A stretch of DNA of 56,985 bases from positions 1 to 56,985 of the forward strand of contig DASPUW010000433.1 of assembly GCA_035622675.1 (NCBI GenBank), in the 5' to 3' direction. Position numbers and translations under genes: made by a program. The stretch is from Burkholderiales bacterium. GTDB lineage: Bacteria > Pseudomonadota > Gammaproteobacteria > Burkholderiales > SHXO01. The notes beneath the pieces are model-generated. The model ran no database searches, was not told the origin of the DNA, and worked only from the letters and a program-made list of their open reading frames with translations. Positions 18,287 through 26,780 of the stretch are shown piece by piece; the stretch's first letter is position 1; every line of letters starts with the position of its first letter.

Positions 18287-18834
18287 TCGCTGCCGGTCGG
18301 CAAGGTCTGTCGTTGACTAAGCGGCAGATAGGTGATCACCAGCGCGCGCTCGCCCACTTCCTCGAGCTTGTACGTGTTGTCGATCGTTTCCCCGGGCTTG
18401 ACAACGAGATTCCGCTCGCCCTGGGCGAGGAACACCGTCGTGTCGTGATCCTCCACCAGCCGCCCCACATAGGCAAATGGCAACGGCGGCGCCTGCGGGG
18501 GAGGCGGTGGCGGTGCTGCCGCCGCGACGGCCGACGCCGCCGTTCCCTTCGGTGCCTTCGGCGGCGCGGGCCGGAAGCTCCGCGGCCCGAACGCCTCGCT
18601 GTCGGGATCGGTCGATGGTCTGCGGCGCAGCTTGCCAAGATCCAGCGCCGGCGCCTGCTCGGGCGCGGTGCGCGGCTTGGAATCGGCTGCTGGCCGCGGG
18701 GTGGAGTCGGCGACTGCACCGGCGCTCGCTTCGGTCATATCGGTGAGCTCATCAGCCCAGCGCACTGCGGTCAACGTGAGGGCTACTCCGCCGATCAGCA
18801 GCCCCGCACGCACCTTGGGATTCACTCTCATCAC
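18283..18834 (-). CDS. PilP/GspC-HR-like inner-membrane assembly protein
   Basis: 183 aa. Has an N-terminal TM helix, a Pro/Ala-rich linker and a C-terminal beta-rich domain (YVGRLVEDHDTTVFLAQGERNLVVKPGETIDNTYKLEEV). Both ends overlap neighbouring genes by 4 nt. Confidence 0.55.
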   Translation of the reverse strand: MMRVNPKVRAGLLIGGVALTLTAVRWADELTDMTEASAGAVADSTPRPAADSKPRTAPEQAPALDLGKLRRRPSTDPDSEAFGPRSFRPAPPKAPKGTAASAVAAAAPPPPPPQAPPLPFAYVGRLVEDHDTTVFLAQGERNLVVKPGETIDNTYKLEEVGERALVITYLPLSQRQTLPTGSE

Positions 18835-19391
18835 TCCTCCCCCAAGAACAGACTGAATCGCACCCTGGCGTCCAGGTCAGGCTGATCGGCCGACTCGCGC
18901 TTCAGCGCGAGCTCGTCGAGCGCAGCCGATGGCACCACCTGCAGTACTTCGTTCACGAAACCTCGCACGCTGGTGTAATCACCGCTCACCGGCAGCGTAA
19001 TCTCGTAGCGGGCCAAGTGGAAGTCGGCTTCCCGACTGAGCTTGTACTCCCCCTTCTTGAGGAGCAGGCGATTGTGCTGCGCCGCGCGGTGAACACGTCC
19101 CAGCAGCTCTGGCACGTTCTCGATCAGCGGGAAGAAGGCGTAGAAGTTCGACAGCTGACCGCGCCCGCTCGGGGCAACGCTCAAGGAACCGCGCTGCCCC
19201 AAACGCGACACCAGGTTCGCCACCTCCGCGTCCAGCGCCTGCACGCGCTGGCGTCCGGAGTGGATCACGATTCCGACGGCACCCGCCGCAAACAACAACA
19301 GGGCGAGGCCGCTGAGTCCTGGCCAACGCAGCCGGATCAGCGCGCGCTTGATGGTCCATTCCGCCCGGTGTGCAAAGGATGGCCTGCTCAC
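18831..19391 (-). CDS. PilO/GspM-like bitopic membrane protein
   Basis: 186 aa with a single TM helix (LSGLALLLFAAGAVGIVIH). Assigned by position and size within the operon; no sequence motif was recognised. Confidence 0.5.
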   Translation of the reverse strand: MSRPSFAHRAEWTIKRALIRLRWPGLSGLALLLFAAGAVGIVIHSGRQRVQALDAEVANLVSRLGQRGSLSVAPSGRGQLSNFYAFFPLIENVPELLGRVHRAAQHNRLLLKKGEYKLSREADFHLARYEITLPVSGDYTSVRGFVNEVLQVVPSAALDELALKRESADQPDLDARVRFSLFLGEE

Positions 19392-19930
19392 TGTTCCTCC
19401 TGCCAGGCCGCGGAAAGCGTGAAGGCAACGGGCTGGCCCGGGTCCTTGCTCTTCACCTCATGACTCTGGAGCACGACTCCGTGCAGCCGCTTGCTGCGCT
19501 CCAAGCGCTCCATGTAAGCAAAAATCGCTGACAGGGTGCGAGCGTCGCCGCCGATCAGCACGCTGCGGTTGCGCGCATCGGGCTGAACGGCGAGCAACGC
19601 CACGTCAGCGGTCTCCGCCGATTCGATTGCGGCGAACAGCTCACCCCACGGGACGTTCATCAGCTGCAGCACCGCGTTCGCTTTCTTGATCTGCTCCCGC
19701 AGTTCCGGAGTGTCGGCCCCCCGCGCGGTAATGGCCGGGAGCGATCGGCTCGCGATAGCGTGCAGCGTGGCGAGTCGATCCTCGCGGGCTGCCGTCTCGC
19801 GCTTCAGATGGCCCTGATACGAGATCGCTGCCACCGCGGCAAGTGTGCCGGCGATCAGCAGCCACGGGCCGACACGCGAGCCGCGGCCGGTGGGTCGAAG
19901 GAAGTCGAGCTCTATCGTGCGCACGCTCAC
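19388..19930 (-). CDS. PilN/GspL-periplasmic-like bitopic membrane protein
   Basis: 180 aa with a short cytoplasmic N-terminus, then a TM helix (WLLIAGTLAAVAAISY). Assigned by position and topology. Confidence 0.5.
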   Translation of the reverse strand: MSVRTIELDFLRPTGRGSRVGPWLLIAGTLAAVAAISYQGHLKRETAAREDRLATLHAIASRSLPAITARGADTPELREQIKKANAVLQLMNVPWGELFAAIESAETADVALLAVQPDARNRSVLIGGDARTLSAIFAYMERLERSKRLHGVVLQSHEVKSKDPGQPVAFTLSAAWQEEQ

Positions 19931-19957
19931 GCTTTCCCCGGCCTCAAATCACGGCTC

Positions 19958-20800
19958 TCACCCTCCGACTGGCTCCACACGAGCATCGGCCTGAGAATTT
20001 CTCCGCTTGAATCCGTTTCCGAGGCGGATCAGCTGCCAGCCCGGTATCGCAGCGGGAGGCGGTGAAGCATCCGAGCACAGATACAGTACGCCACCACCGC
20101 TCGCGTCGCCCACCGCCGCCTCCTGTTTCAGAAGGACCGGCAACGCTTGTCCGAGAGGACCGTCGATGCGGCGGCTGCGCACGGCTTGCCAGGCTCCGTT
20201 CGCATGAAAAGCCAGGCTCGCCCGTCCCGGCTCCGCCGCGGCAAAGCAGAACTGCCGCGCCTTCAGGGCCGAGCGATGGCGGTTGATCCGGTCGACCAAA
20301 TTTGGAACCAGCGATGCGAGCTGGCCACCCGCGCGCGTGACTGCGTCCCGCACCGACGAAACCAGCGCGCGGTCCACGGCAGCCGCGAAGGAGGCCTGGC
20401 CCGCCGGCTGCTCGTCCAGGCAGAAGTCCCAGGAGTCGGCCGCAATTCCATACAGCTCCTTGAACGCCAGCCGCGCGAAGCTGAGGCGCTCGCTGTCGCT
20501 CACAAGTCCGCGGCTCCAGGGGATCAGCAGGTAGCGCACGAAGTGATCCGACAGCACGACCTCCACCCGCCCGAGGCGCACGCGCCGCTCACGCAGTGTC
20601 TCGACCAGAACATCGGAGGCCGCTCGCCAGAGCTCCGGCGCTTCGCTGCCGTCCGTCGCACCTGCCTCGACCGCGATCGTGCGCTGCGTCTCGGAGCGCG
20701 CGCGCAGCGTGGCTCCGCGCCGCGCCACACTCACCGAGGCGGGCCTCAGCTCCACGCGCCAATCCTTCCCCGGCAGCAAACTACCCAACCAGCGTGACAC
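19958..20800 (-). CDS. PilM/GspL-cytoplasmic-domain-like protein (no TM segment)
   Basis: 280 aa, soluble, located directly after the ATPase gene with a 20-nt overlap. Assigned by gene order only. Confidence 0.45.
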   Translation of the reverse strand: MSRWLGSLLPGKDWRVELRPASVSVARRGATLRARSETQRTIAVEAGATDGSEAPELWRAASDVLVETLRERRVRLGRVEVVLSDHFVRYLLIPWSRGLVSDSERLSFARLAFKELYGIAADSWDFCLDEQPAGQASFAAAVDRALVSSVRDAVTRAGGQLASLVPNLVDRINRHRSALKARQFCFAAAEPGRASLAFHANGAWQAVRSRRIDGPLGQALPVLLKQEAAVGDASGGGVLYLCSDASPPPAAIPGWQLIRLGNGFKRRNSQADARVEPVGG

Positions 20801-22472
20801 GGTTTATCTCCTGTAGCGTGCTCTCGCCGCTGCGCACAATCTCGAGCGCGGCTTCGCGCAGGAACCGCGTCTGCTGTCTGCGCGCCGCCTCCTTTACCCG
20901 GCGAATGGGCTCTCGCGCAGTGATCAGCTCGCGAATCTCGTCGTTGAGCACCATGATCTCCGAGATCGCCCTGCGCCCGCGGAAGCCACTACCGCGGCAG
21001 TGTCCGCAACCGCTCCCGGCGCGCAGCCTCCAATCACGCACCTGCTCCAGGGTGAGACCCGACTCGGCCAGCAACTGCGTATCGGGCGCCGCGTCTCTGA
21101 CGCAGTGGCTGCAGTTCACCCGCACGAGGCGCTGCGCGGCGATGCCATTGAGGGCCGAGACGAAGCTGTATGGGTCAACACCCATGTGCATAAAGCGGCC
21201 GATCACGTCGAACACATTGTTCGCGTGGACCGTGGTGAAAACGAGGTGCCCGGTGAGCGCGGCTTGGACTGCAATCTGCGCAGTTTCGGGGTCGCGAATC
21301 TCACCCACCATGATCTTGTCCGGATCGTGCCGCAAGATCGAGCGGAGGCCGCGGGCAAACGTGAGGCCCTTTTTCTCATTTACCGGGATCTGCAGCACTC
21401 CGGGCAGCTGATATTCAACCGGATCCTCGATCGTGATCAGCTTGTCCGCACCGTGGTTGATCTCCGAAATCGCGGCATACAGCGTGGTCGTCTTGCCGCT
21501 GCCGGTCGGCCCCGTCACGAGTAGCATGCCGTAAGGCTCGCTCGACAAGCGCCGCAGGGTGGCAGCCGCCTGGGCATCGAACCCGAGTGCGTCGAGCGTC
21601 AGCCCCTTGACGTGGTCGGCCAGGCTTTGCTTGTCCAGGATACGCAACACGGCGTCTTCACCGAAGATGCTCGGCATCACCGATACGCGAAAATCGATCT
21701 CGCGCCCCTGAGCCACGACCTTAAAGCGCCCGTCCTGCGGGATGCGCCGCTCGGCGATGTCCAACTCGGCCATCACCTTGACGCGCGATATGACTTGCTC
21801 GGCCATGTCCAGGCCTTGCGCCGTGCCGATCGGGCTCAACACGCCGTCCATCCTGTACTTGATGACCAGGTGCGTGGCAGTGGTTTCCAGATGAATATCG
21901 CTCGCGCCGGCTTTCAGCGCGTCGTAAAGCGTCGAGTGCACCAGCCGTACGACCGGACTGCCCGCTTCGCTGATGGTCTTCAGCGACAGCTCCTCCACGC
22001 GACCTCGGGCGCCGTCCTCTTGCACCGACTCGCTCAGGAGCGAGTCCATGGCTCGCAGGCTCTCGCCATAGCGGGCTAGATACGCCGCGACATCGGTGGT
22101 GTGGGCCAGGCACCAGTGCAACGCGCCAGGAATGCGCTCCTCCGCCCACGGGCGCAGGGCCGGGTCGAACGGATCGCCAAAGGCCAGCAAGAGCTGCGCC
22201 TCCGCGTCGCGCGCGAGCACGCAGCCATGCGCCAAGGCCTCCGTATAAGGCAGCAGATCGAACGCCGGCTCGAGGCCATCCAGCTCGCGCATCGACACTG
22301 CCGTGTAGCCGAGCGTGGCACCCAGCGCGGCCACGAACTTGTCAGGCAGCAGCTCGGATTGCTCCTCCAGTATGTCCACGATGCGCTTGCCGCTCGCGCG
22401 AGCGCTAGCCCTCGCCTTCGCGACGTCATCGGGAAGAATCAGCGGCGCCGATTCCAGCTCGCGCGGGTTCAA
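20781..22472 (-). CDS. gspE: type II secretion/type IV pilus assembly ATPase (GspE/PilB family)
   Basis: Walker A (VTGPTGSGKTTTLYA), GspE N-domain-like residues, and a C-terminal tetracysteine motif (CSHC...CGHC). The start is placed at a TTG forming a TTGA overlap with the gspF stop. The 196-aa Arg/Gly-rich extension in the ORF track is rejected. Confidence 0.9.
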   Translation of the reverse strand: MNPRELESAPLILPDDVAKARASARASGKRIVDILEEQSELLPDKFVAALGATLGYTAVSMRELDGLEPAFDLLPYTEALAHGCVLARDAEAQLLLAFGDPFDPALRPWAEERIPGALHWCLAHTTDVAAYLARYGESLRAMDSLLSESVQEDGARGRVEELSLKTISEAGSPVVRLVHSTLYDALKAGASDIHLETTATHLVIKYRMDGVLSPIGTAQGLDMAEQVISRVKVMAELDIAERRIPQDGRFKVVAQGREIDFRVSVMPSIFGEDAVLRILDKQSLADHVKGLTLDALGFDAQAAATLRRLSSEPYGMLLVTGPTGSGKTTTLYAAISEINHGADKLITIEDPVEYQLPGVLQIPVNEKKGLTFARGLRSILRHDPDKIMVGEIRDPETAQIAVQAALTGHLVFTTVHANNVFDVIGRFMHMGVDPYSFVSALNGIAAQRLVRVNCSHCVRDAAPDTQLLAESGLTLEQVRDWRLRAGSGCGHCRGSGFRGRRAISEIMVLNDEIRELITAREPIRRVKEAARRQQTRFLREAALEIVRSGESTLQEINRVTLVG

Positions 22473-23662
22473 TGCATGCTCCCAGCCAGCTCGAAGATGG
22501 GGAAATACATGAGGACTACGATCCCCCCGATCACGACGCCGATGACGGCCATGAGGACCGGCTCGAACACGCGGGTGAACCGCTCCACCCAGCGCGCCAG
22601 CTCCTCCTCGTGGAACGTGGCGATGCGCTCCATCATCTCGCCCATTTGACCGGTCCGTTCCCCCACCCGCAGCATGCGCAGCGCTACCGGCGTCGTAAGG
22701 CCTTGGGAGTCGAGCGACTGCGAGATCGGCTGACCCTCCCGGATGCTGCGGGCGGCCTGCGCAAGGCGCTGTTGCAGCTCTTGGTCGAGAAGTCCGGACA
22801 CCATCGCCAGCGCCTGGGTCACCGGAGTCCCGCCCCCCAGCAGCATGCCGACGGTGCGGTACAGGCGCGTCAGTTGGTATACGCGCGCACGTGCGCCGAC
22901 CGCCGGAATGCGAGCGAACAGGCGGCTTAGCCAGCGCCGGGCGGATGGCTGCCGAAGCCATACCACAAGTCCTACGATAACCGCGCACACTAGGCCGAGC
23001 AGGAGCAAGCCGCGGCGCTCCACGAATCCGCCCCAGGCCATGAGCAGCCGTGTGAGCCATGGCAGATTTCCACCGATGTCCTCGTATATGCGAGAGAACC
23101 GTGGTACCACGTAGCCGAGCAGGAACATGCAGACCAAGCCGCCCACGATGATGAGGATGGCCGGGTAAATCGAAGCGCTGACCAGGTGCTTTTTGACACC
23201 GTCGAGCTGCGTCTGATACGCCACATAGCGCGCCAGCGCCTCGGGCAGGTCGCCGGTGCGCTCGCTCGCTCGCACCGTCGCCACAAACAGATCCGGAAAG
23301 GTCTGCGGGAAACCCTGTAGGGCGGACGAGAAGGATTGACCCTGCTTAAGTCGCTGCGCCAGGCCAACCAGGACACCCGAGGTCGCGGGGCGCGACTCCT
23401 TCTCGGCCAGCGTCTCGATCGCTTCCAGCAGACTGATACCAGAGCGCAACAGCGCGAGCAGCTCTTGGGTGAACAGGACAAGTGGGAATCGCGCCGTTCC
23501 CAGCCCTTGCGGCAAAGCGACCGCACTCGCTGGACGCACCCCGACAACCAGGTAGCCCTGCGCTTGCGCCTGCTCGTTGGCGTCACGCAGGTCACGCGCA
23601 TCAAGGAGCAGGGAAACGACATCTCCCGCCCCGGGCTTGACCGCTTTAACCTGGTAACGCAT
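22469..23662 (-). CDS. gspF: type II secretion system platform protein (GspF/PilC family)
   Basis: 397 aa with duplicated T2SSF-type domains and three predicted TM regions. Ends ...MYFPIFELAGSM. Confidence 0.9.
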   Translation of the reverse strand: MRYQVKAVKPGAGDVVSLLLDARDLRDANEQAQAQGYLVVGVRPASAVALPQGLGTARFPLVLFTQELLALLRSGISLLEAIETLAEKESRPATSGVLVGLAQRLKQGQSFSSALQGFPQTFPDLFVATVRASERTGDLPEALARYVAYQTQLDGVKKHLVSASIYPAILIIVGGLVCMFLLGYVVPRFSRIYEDIGGNLPWLTRLLMAWGGFVERRGLLLLGLVCAVIVGLVVWLRQPSARRWLSRLFARIPAVGARARVYQLTRLYRTVGMLLGGGTPVTQALAMVSGLLDQELQQRLAQAARSIREGQPISQSLDSQGLTTPVALRMLRVGERTGQMGEMMERIATFHEEELARWVERFTRVFEPVLMAVIGVVIGGIVVLMYFPIFELAGSMH

Positions 23663-23670
23663 CGGAAAAC

Positions 23671-24090
23671 CTAGTAGTTGGTGATGTCCGCATCCTCACC
23701 CGTGCCGCCCGGCTGGCCGTCCTTTCCCAGTGAAACCAGGTCGTACTCGCCATGCTCGCCGGGCTGCCGGTAGATGTAGGGGTGATCCCACGGGTCCAAA
23801 GGCACGGCCTTGCGCAAATACGGTCCGTTCCACTTTGGCTCGTTGTTGGGTCTGGTGAACAGCGCGCCTAAACCCTGCTCGCTCGTCGGATAGTGCCCGG
23901 TATCGAGACGGTACTGATCGAGCGCCTTGTCAAATGAGTCGATCTGCGCGCGTGTGACCTGAATCTTCGATTTGCCCTCCTGCGCAAAGTAGCGCGGGGC
24001 GACGTAACCGACCAGCAGTCCGATGATGACGATCACTACCAACAGCTCGAGCAGCGTGAAACCGAGATGAGAAGGGCGAGCCACTCGCAT
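23671..24090 (-). CDS. gspG: major pseudopilin GspG
   Basis: GFTLLELLVVIVIIGLLVGYVAPRY plus the GspG C-terminal signature (DPWDHPYIYRQPGEHGEYDLVSLGKDGQPGG). The start is set at MRVARPSHLGF. Confidence 0.9.
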   Translation of the reverse strand: MRVARPSHLGFTLLELLVVIVIIGLLVGYVAPRYFAQEGKSKIQVTRAQIDSFDKALDQYRLDTGHYPTSEQGLGALFTRPNNEPKWNGPYLRKAVPLDPWDHPYIYRQPGEHGEYDLVSLGKDGQPGGTGEDADITNY

Positions 24091-24369
24091 CAACCGTAGA
24101 GATTCGAGAACCCTTAAGAAAGGCTTTTTGTGTCGCGCCCAGCCCGGCGACCCAGGCCCCTCACCCTGGCCCAGGCCAAGGGCCAAAGCCACAGATCGTA
24201 ACGCATGCCTCTGACAATTCGGTTAAGGCCGTTTGGGTTATGTAACACCCCCCTCTCACGGGCGTCAAGGTGCAAAGGCGCGAAGTCGCCCAACCACAAC
24301 AAATGAAGCGTAAGTAAGCGACAGACATTGCAAAATATCCCATGCGCCCGGGGTCGGAAATGCGCCGCT

Positions 24370-25593
24370 TCAGAGCACGTGCATGCGGCGCAGGCGGTCA
24401 ATCTCTGTCTGCTCGAGCGCCAGCAAGCCGGTCAGCACCTCGTCTGTGTGCTGGCCGAGAAGCGGAGGCGCCAGACCGTACTCGACGGGTGTCTGCGACA
24501 ACCGCAGGGGGCTGCCAACCAAGGGTAGCGTGCCCAGGGTGGCATGCTCGACCTCCACGCGCATGTTGCGGTGCCGGACCTGTGGATCCGCGAATACCGC
24601 CGCAATGTCGTTGATCGGGCCGCAGGGAACACCTGCCGCCGCCAGATTCTCGGTCCAGTAGGCAACAGGCTTGGCGCGCAGCAGGGATTCCAGCATTGGA
24701 ATGATCAGCTCCCGGTTGCGCACGCGCGCATCGTTGGTGGCGAAGCGCGCGTCGCGGGCGAGCTCTGCGTGCCCGGTGGCCGCGCACAGCTTCGCGAACT
24801 GGCTGTCGTTGCCCGCGGCCAGCATGACCTGGCCATCGGAGCAATCGAACACCTGGGACGGTACGACGCTCGGATGCACGTTGCCACCGCGCGGCGCAAC
24901 GATGCCAGCCGACAGGTATGCCTGCGCGATGTTGATCATCGAAGCCACCTGCACGTCGAGCAGGGCGAGATCGATGTGCTGGCCCACGCCGCTGCGAGTC
25001 CGGTGCAGCAGCGCGGCGAGAATGCCGCTCACCGCGAAGATCGCGGTCAACATGTCGGTCACTGCGACGCCGACCCGCTGGGGCCCCGCGCCGGGCAAGC
25101 CATCGCGTTCGCCGGTGACGCTCATGAGTCCCCCCACAGCCTGGGCAATGGGATCGTAGCCGGGCCGGGCGCTGTAAGGACCGGACTGGCCATAGCCGGT
25201 GATGGAGCAGTAGACCAGCCGCGGGTTGAGCGCATGCAGACTGGCGTAATCCAGCCCGTAGCGCTGCAAGTCACCGACCTTGTAGTTCTCCGTCAACACA
25301 TCGCAGCGCTGAGCGAGCCGACGCACGATGTCCTGTCCCTCGACAGTGGAGAGATCGACAGTCACGGACTTTTTGCCGCGGTTGCAACAGGCGAAGTAAG
25401 TGCTGTCCGATGATGGCTCGCCGCCGGGGCGCCTCAGGAAGGGTGGGCCCCAGCCGCGCGTGTCGTCGCCGGTCTTCGGCCGCTCGATCTTGATCACCTC
25501 GGCGCCGAGATCGGCCAGCGTCTGCGTGGCCATCGGCCCCGCCAGCACGCGTGTCAGATCGAGGACTCTGACCCCTTCCAGCGGGCCGGCCAT
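24370..25593 (-). CDS. family III CoA-transferase (CaiB/BaiF family)
   Basis: LEGVRVLDLTRVLAGPMATQTLADLGAEVIKIERP, the canonical N-terminus. Confidence 0.9.
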   Translation of the reverse strand: MAGPLEGVRVLDLTRVLAGPMATQTLADLGAEVIKIERPKTGDDTRGWGPPFLRRPGGEPSSDSTYFACCNRGKKSVTVDLSTVEGQDIVRRLAQRCDVLTENYKVGDLQRYGLDYASLHALNPRLVYCSITGYGQSGPYSARPGYDPIAQAVGGLMSVTGERDGLPGAGPQRVGVAVTDMLTAIFAVSGILAALLHRTRSGVGQHIDLALLDVQVASMINIAQAYLSAGIVAPRGGNVHPSVVPSQVFDCSDGQVMLAAGNDSQFAKLCAATGHAELARDARFATNDARVRNRELIIPMLESLLRAKPVAYWTENLAAAGVPCGPINDIAAVFADPQVRHRNMRVEVEHATLGTLPLVGSPLRLSQTPVEYGLAPPLLGQHTDEVLTGLLALEQTEIDRLRRMHVL

Positions 25594-25609
25594 TGCGGGG
25601 CGCGCCGCC

Positions 25610-26140
25610 TCACTTGAGCAGCGGCTTGAGCTTGCTCATGATCTCAGGCGCATCGGGCTCGACCTGAGTGGCGAAGCTGTAAACCTGTTTCGCGCCCGGA
25701 GCGATCAGATACTTGTGAAAGTTCCATTTCGGCGCCTGCCCGGTCGCCTCGCGCAGCTGCCGGTACAGCGGATCCGCACCGGCCCCGGTGACCGCGCTTT
25801 TTTCAACCATCGGAAACTCGACCTTGTAGGTGAGCAGGCAGAACTCGCCGATCTGCTGGTTGGTGGCGAGCTCCTGCCGAAAGTCATTGGACGGAAAGCC
25901 CACGATCATGAGGCCCTTCTCGCGCAGGTCGCGATACATGCCCTCGAGCTTTTCGAACTGAGGAGTAAAGCCGCACTTGCTCGCTGTGTTGACGACCAGC
26001 ACTGGGCGGTCCGCGAATTCGCACAGGTTGATCTCCCCGCCCTGCAGCGTCTTATAGCGGTGATCGAGCAGCGGCGGGCAGCCAGCGAAAGCCTGCGATG
26101 CGAACACGAGAAATAGAGCGAAGAACAGAGCGGGTTTCAC
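25610..26140 (-). CDS. glutathione peroxidase (secreted/periplasmic)
   Basis: VVNTASKCGFTPQ and GFPSNDFRQE motifs, with an N-terminal signal peptide. Confidence 0.9.
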   Translation of the reverse strand: MKPALFFALFLVFASQAFAGCPPLLDHRYKTLQGGEINLCEFADRPVLVVNTASKCGFTPQFEKLEGMYRDLREKGLMIVGFPSNDFRQELATNQQIGEFCLLTYKVEFPMVEKSAVTGAGADPLYRQLREATGQAPKWNFHKYLIAPGAKQVYSFATQVEPDAPEIMSKLKPLLK

Positions 26141-26208
26141 GATCGGCTCCTCGAGCTACGGGCTCGAACCTATCGGACTATACCCTACCCGCGGTGGGAC
26201 GTCGGGGC

Positions 26209-26748
26209 ATGCGCTATATTCACGCCATGCCCGACGAGCGCTCTCTGGAGCCCATCACCCGCGTCGACCTCAAGCGGCTCGCCCGGATCGCAGGCGCTGA
26301 CCGCGCGGATTTTTTCTCGCGCCACCCCGAGTTCGCCATTTTATATGGGCGCCGTCTGCTGTGCGCCGCGTTAGGTGGAGAGGCGGCGCTGCACTATCTG
26401 AACGGGCTCACGGGCGTGAGTCACTTCAGCGTCTGGTCTTTCTACGCCGAACATCCCGAGGCGCCATTTCCATTTCGGCAACCCGGCCGGGCCGATTTCG
26501 GCGCATCGAAGTTCGGGCGAGCCTCACATGCGCCGCAGGGATACGCGGGACGCCGAGTGGAGCTCCGCGGGCGCTCCATCGACGCCGCGCCGGGTGACGA
26601 TCCGGTGGAGGCGCTTCAGCGCTATCTCAAGGCTGGCGCAACGCGGTCGGCACGCGAGCTGGCCGGGCAGGCCGTGGTCTTGATCGAGCCCGAGAGCGCG
26701 CTCGGCGCACAGGTCTGGCCCACGCTGGCTTTGCCGTCCGCCCGCTAA
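26209..26748 (+). CDS. hypothetical protein
   Basis: Start set at MRYIHAMPDERS. Ordinary composition, no recognised motif. Confidence 0.5.
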   Translation: MRYIHAMPDERSLEPITRVDLKRLARIAGADRADFFSRHPEFAILYGRRLLCAALGGEAALHYLNGLTGVSHFSVWSFYAEHPEAPFPFRQPGRADFGASKFGRASHAPQGYAGRRVELRGRSIDAAPGDDPVEALQRYLKAGATRSARELAGQAVVLIEPESALGAQVWPTLALPSAR

Positions 26749-26780
26749 CGTTATCTCCAGCTTCGCGCGGCGCTGCGGGC

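Noticed and set aside
17000-18316. 438-aa ORF on the plus strand
   Set aside because: It is antisense to the secretin gene and has no motifs.
22473-23060. 196-aa N-terminal extension of the gspE ORF
   Set aside because: It lies entirely inside gspF in another frame and is Arg/Gly/Pro/His-rich. GspE-like sequence only begins at the TTG that overlaps the gspF stop.
24091-24369. Possible sigma-70 promoter (TTGACG-N17-TTACAT on the minus strand) and GC-rich leader upstream of gspG
   Set aside because: The -10 match is poor and I cannot evaluate alternatives by eye, so it is not reported as a feature.
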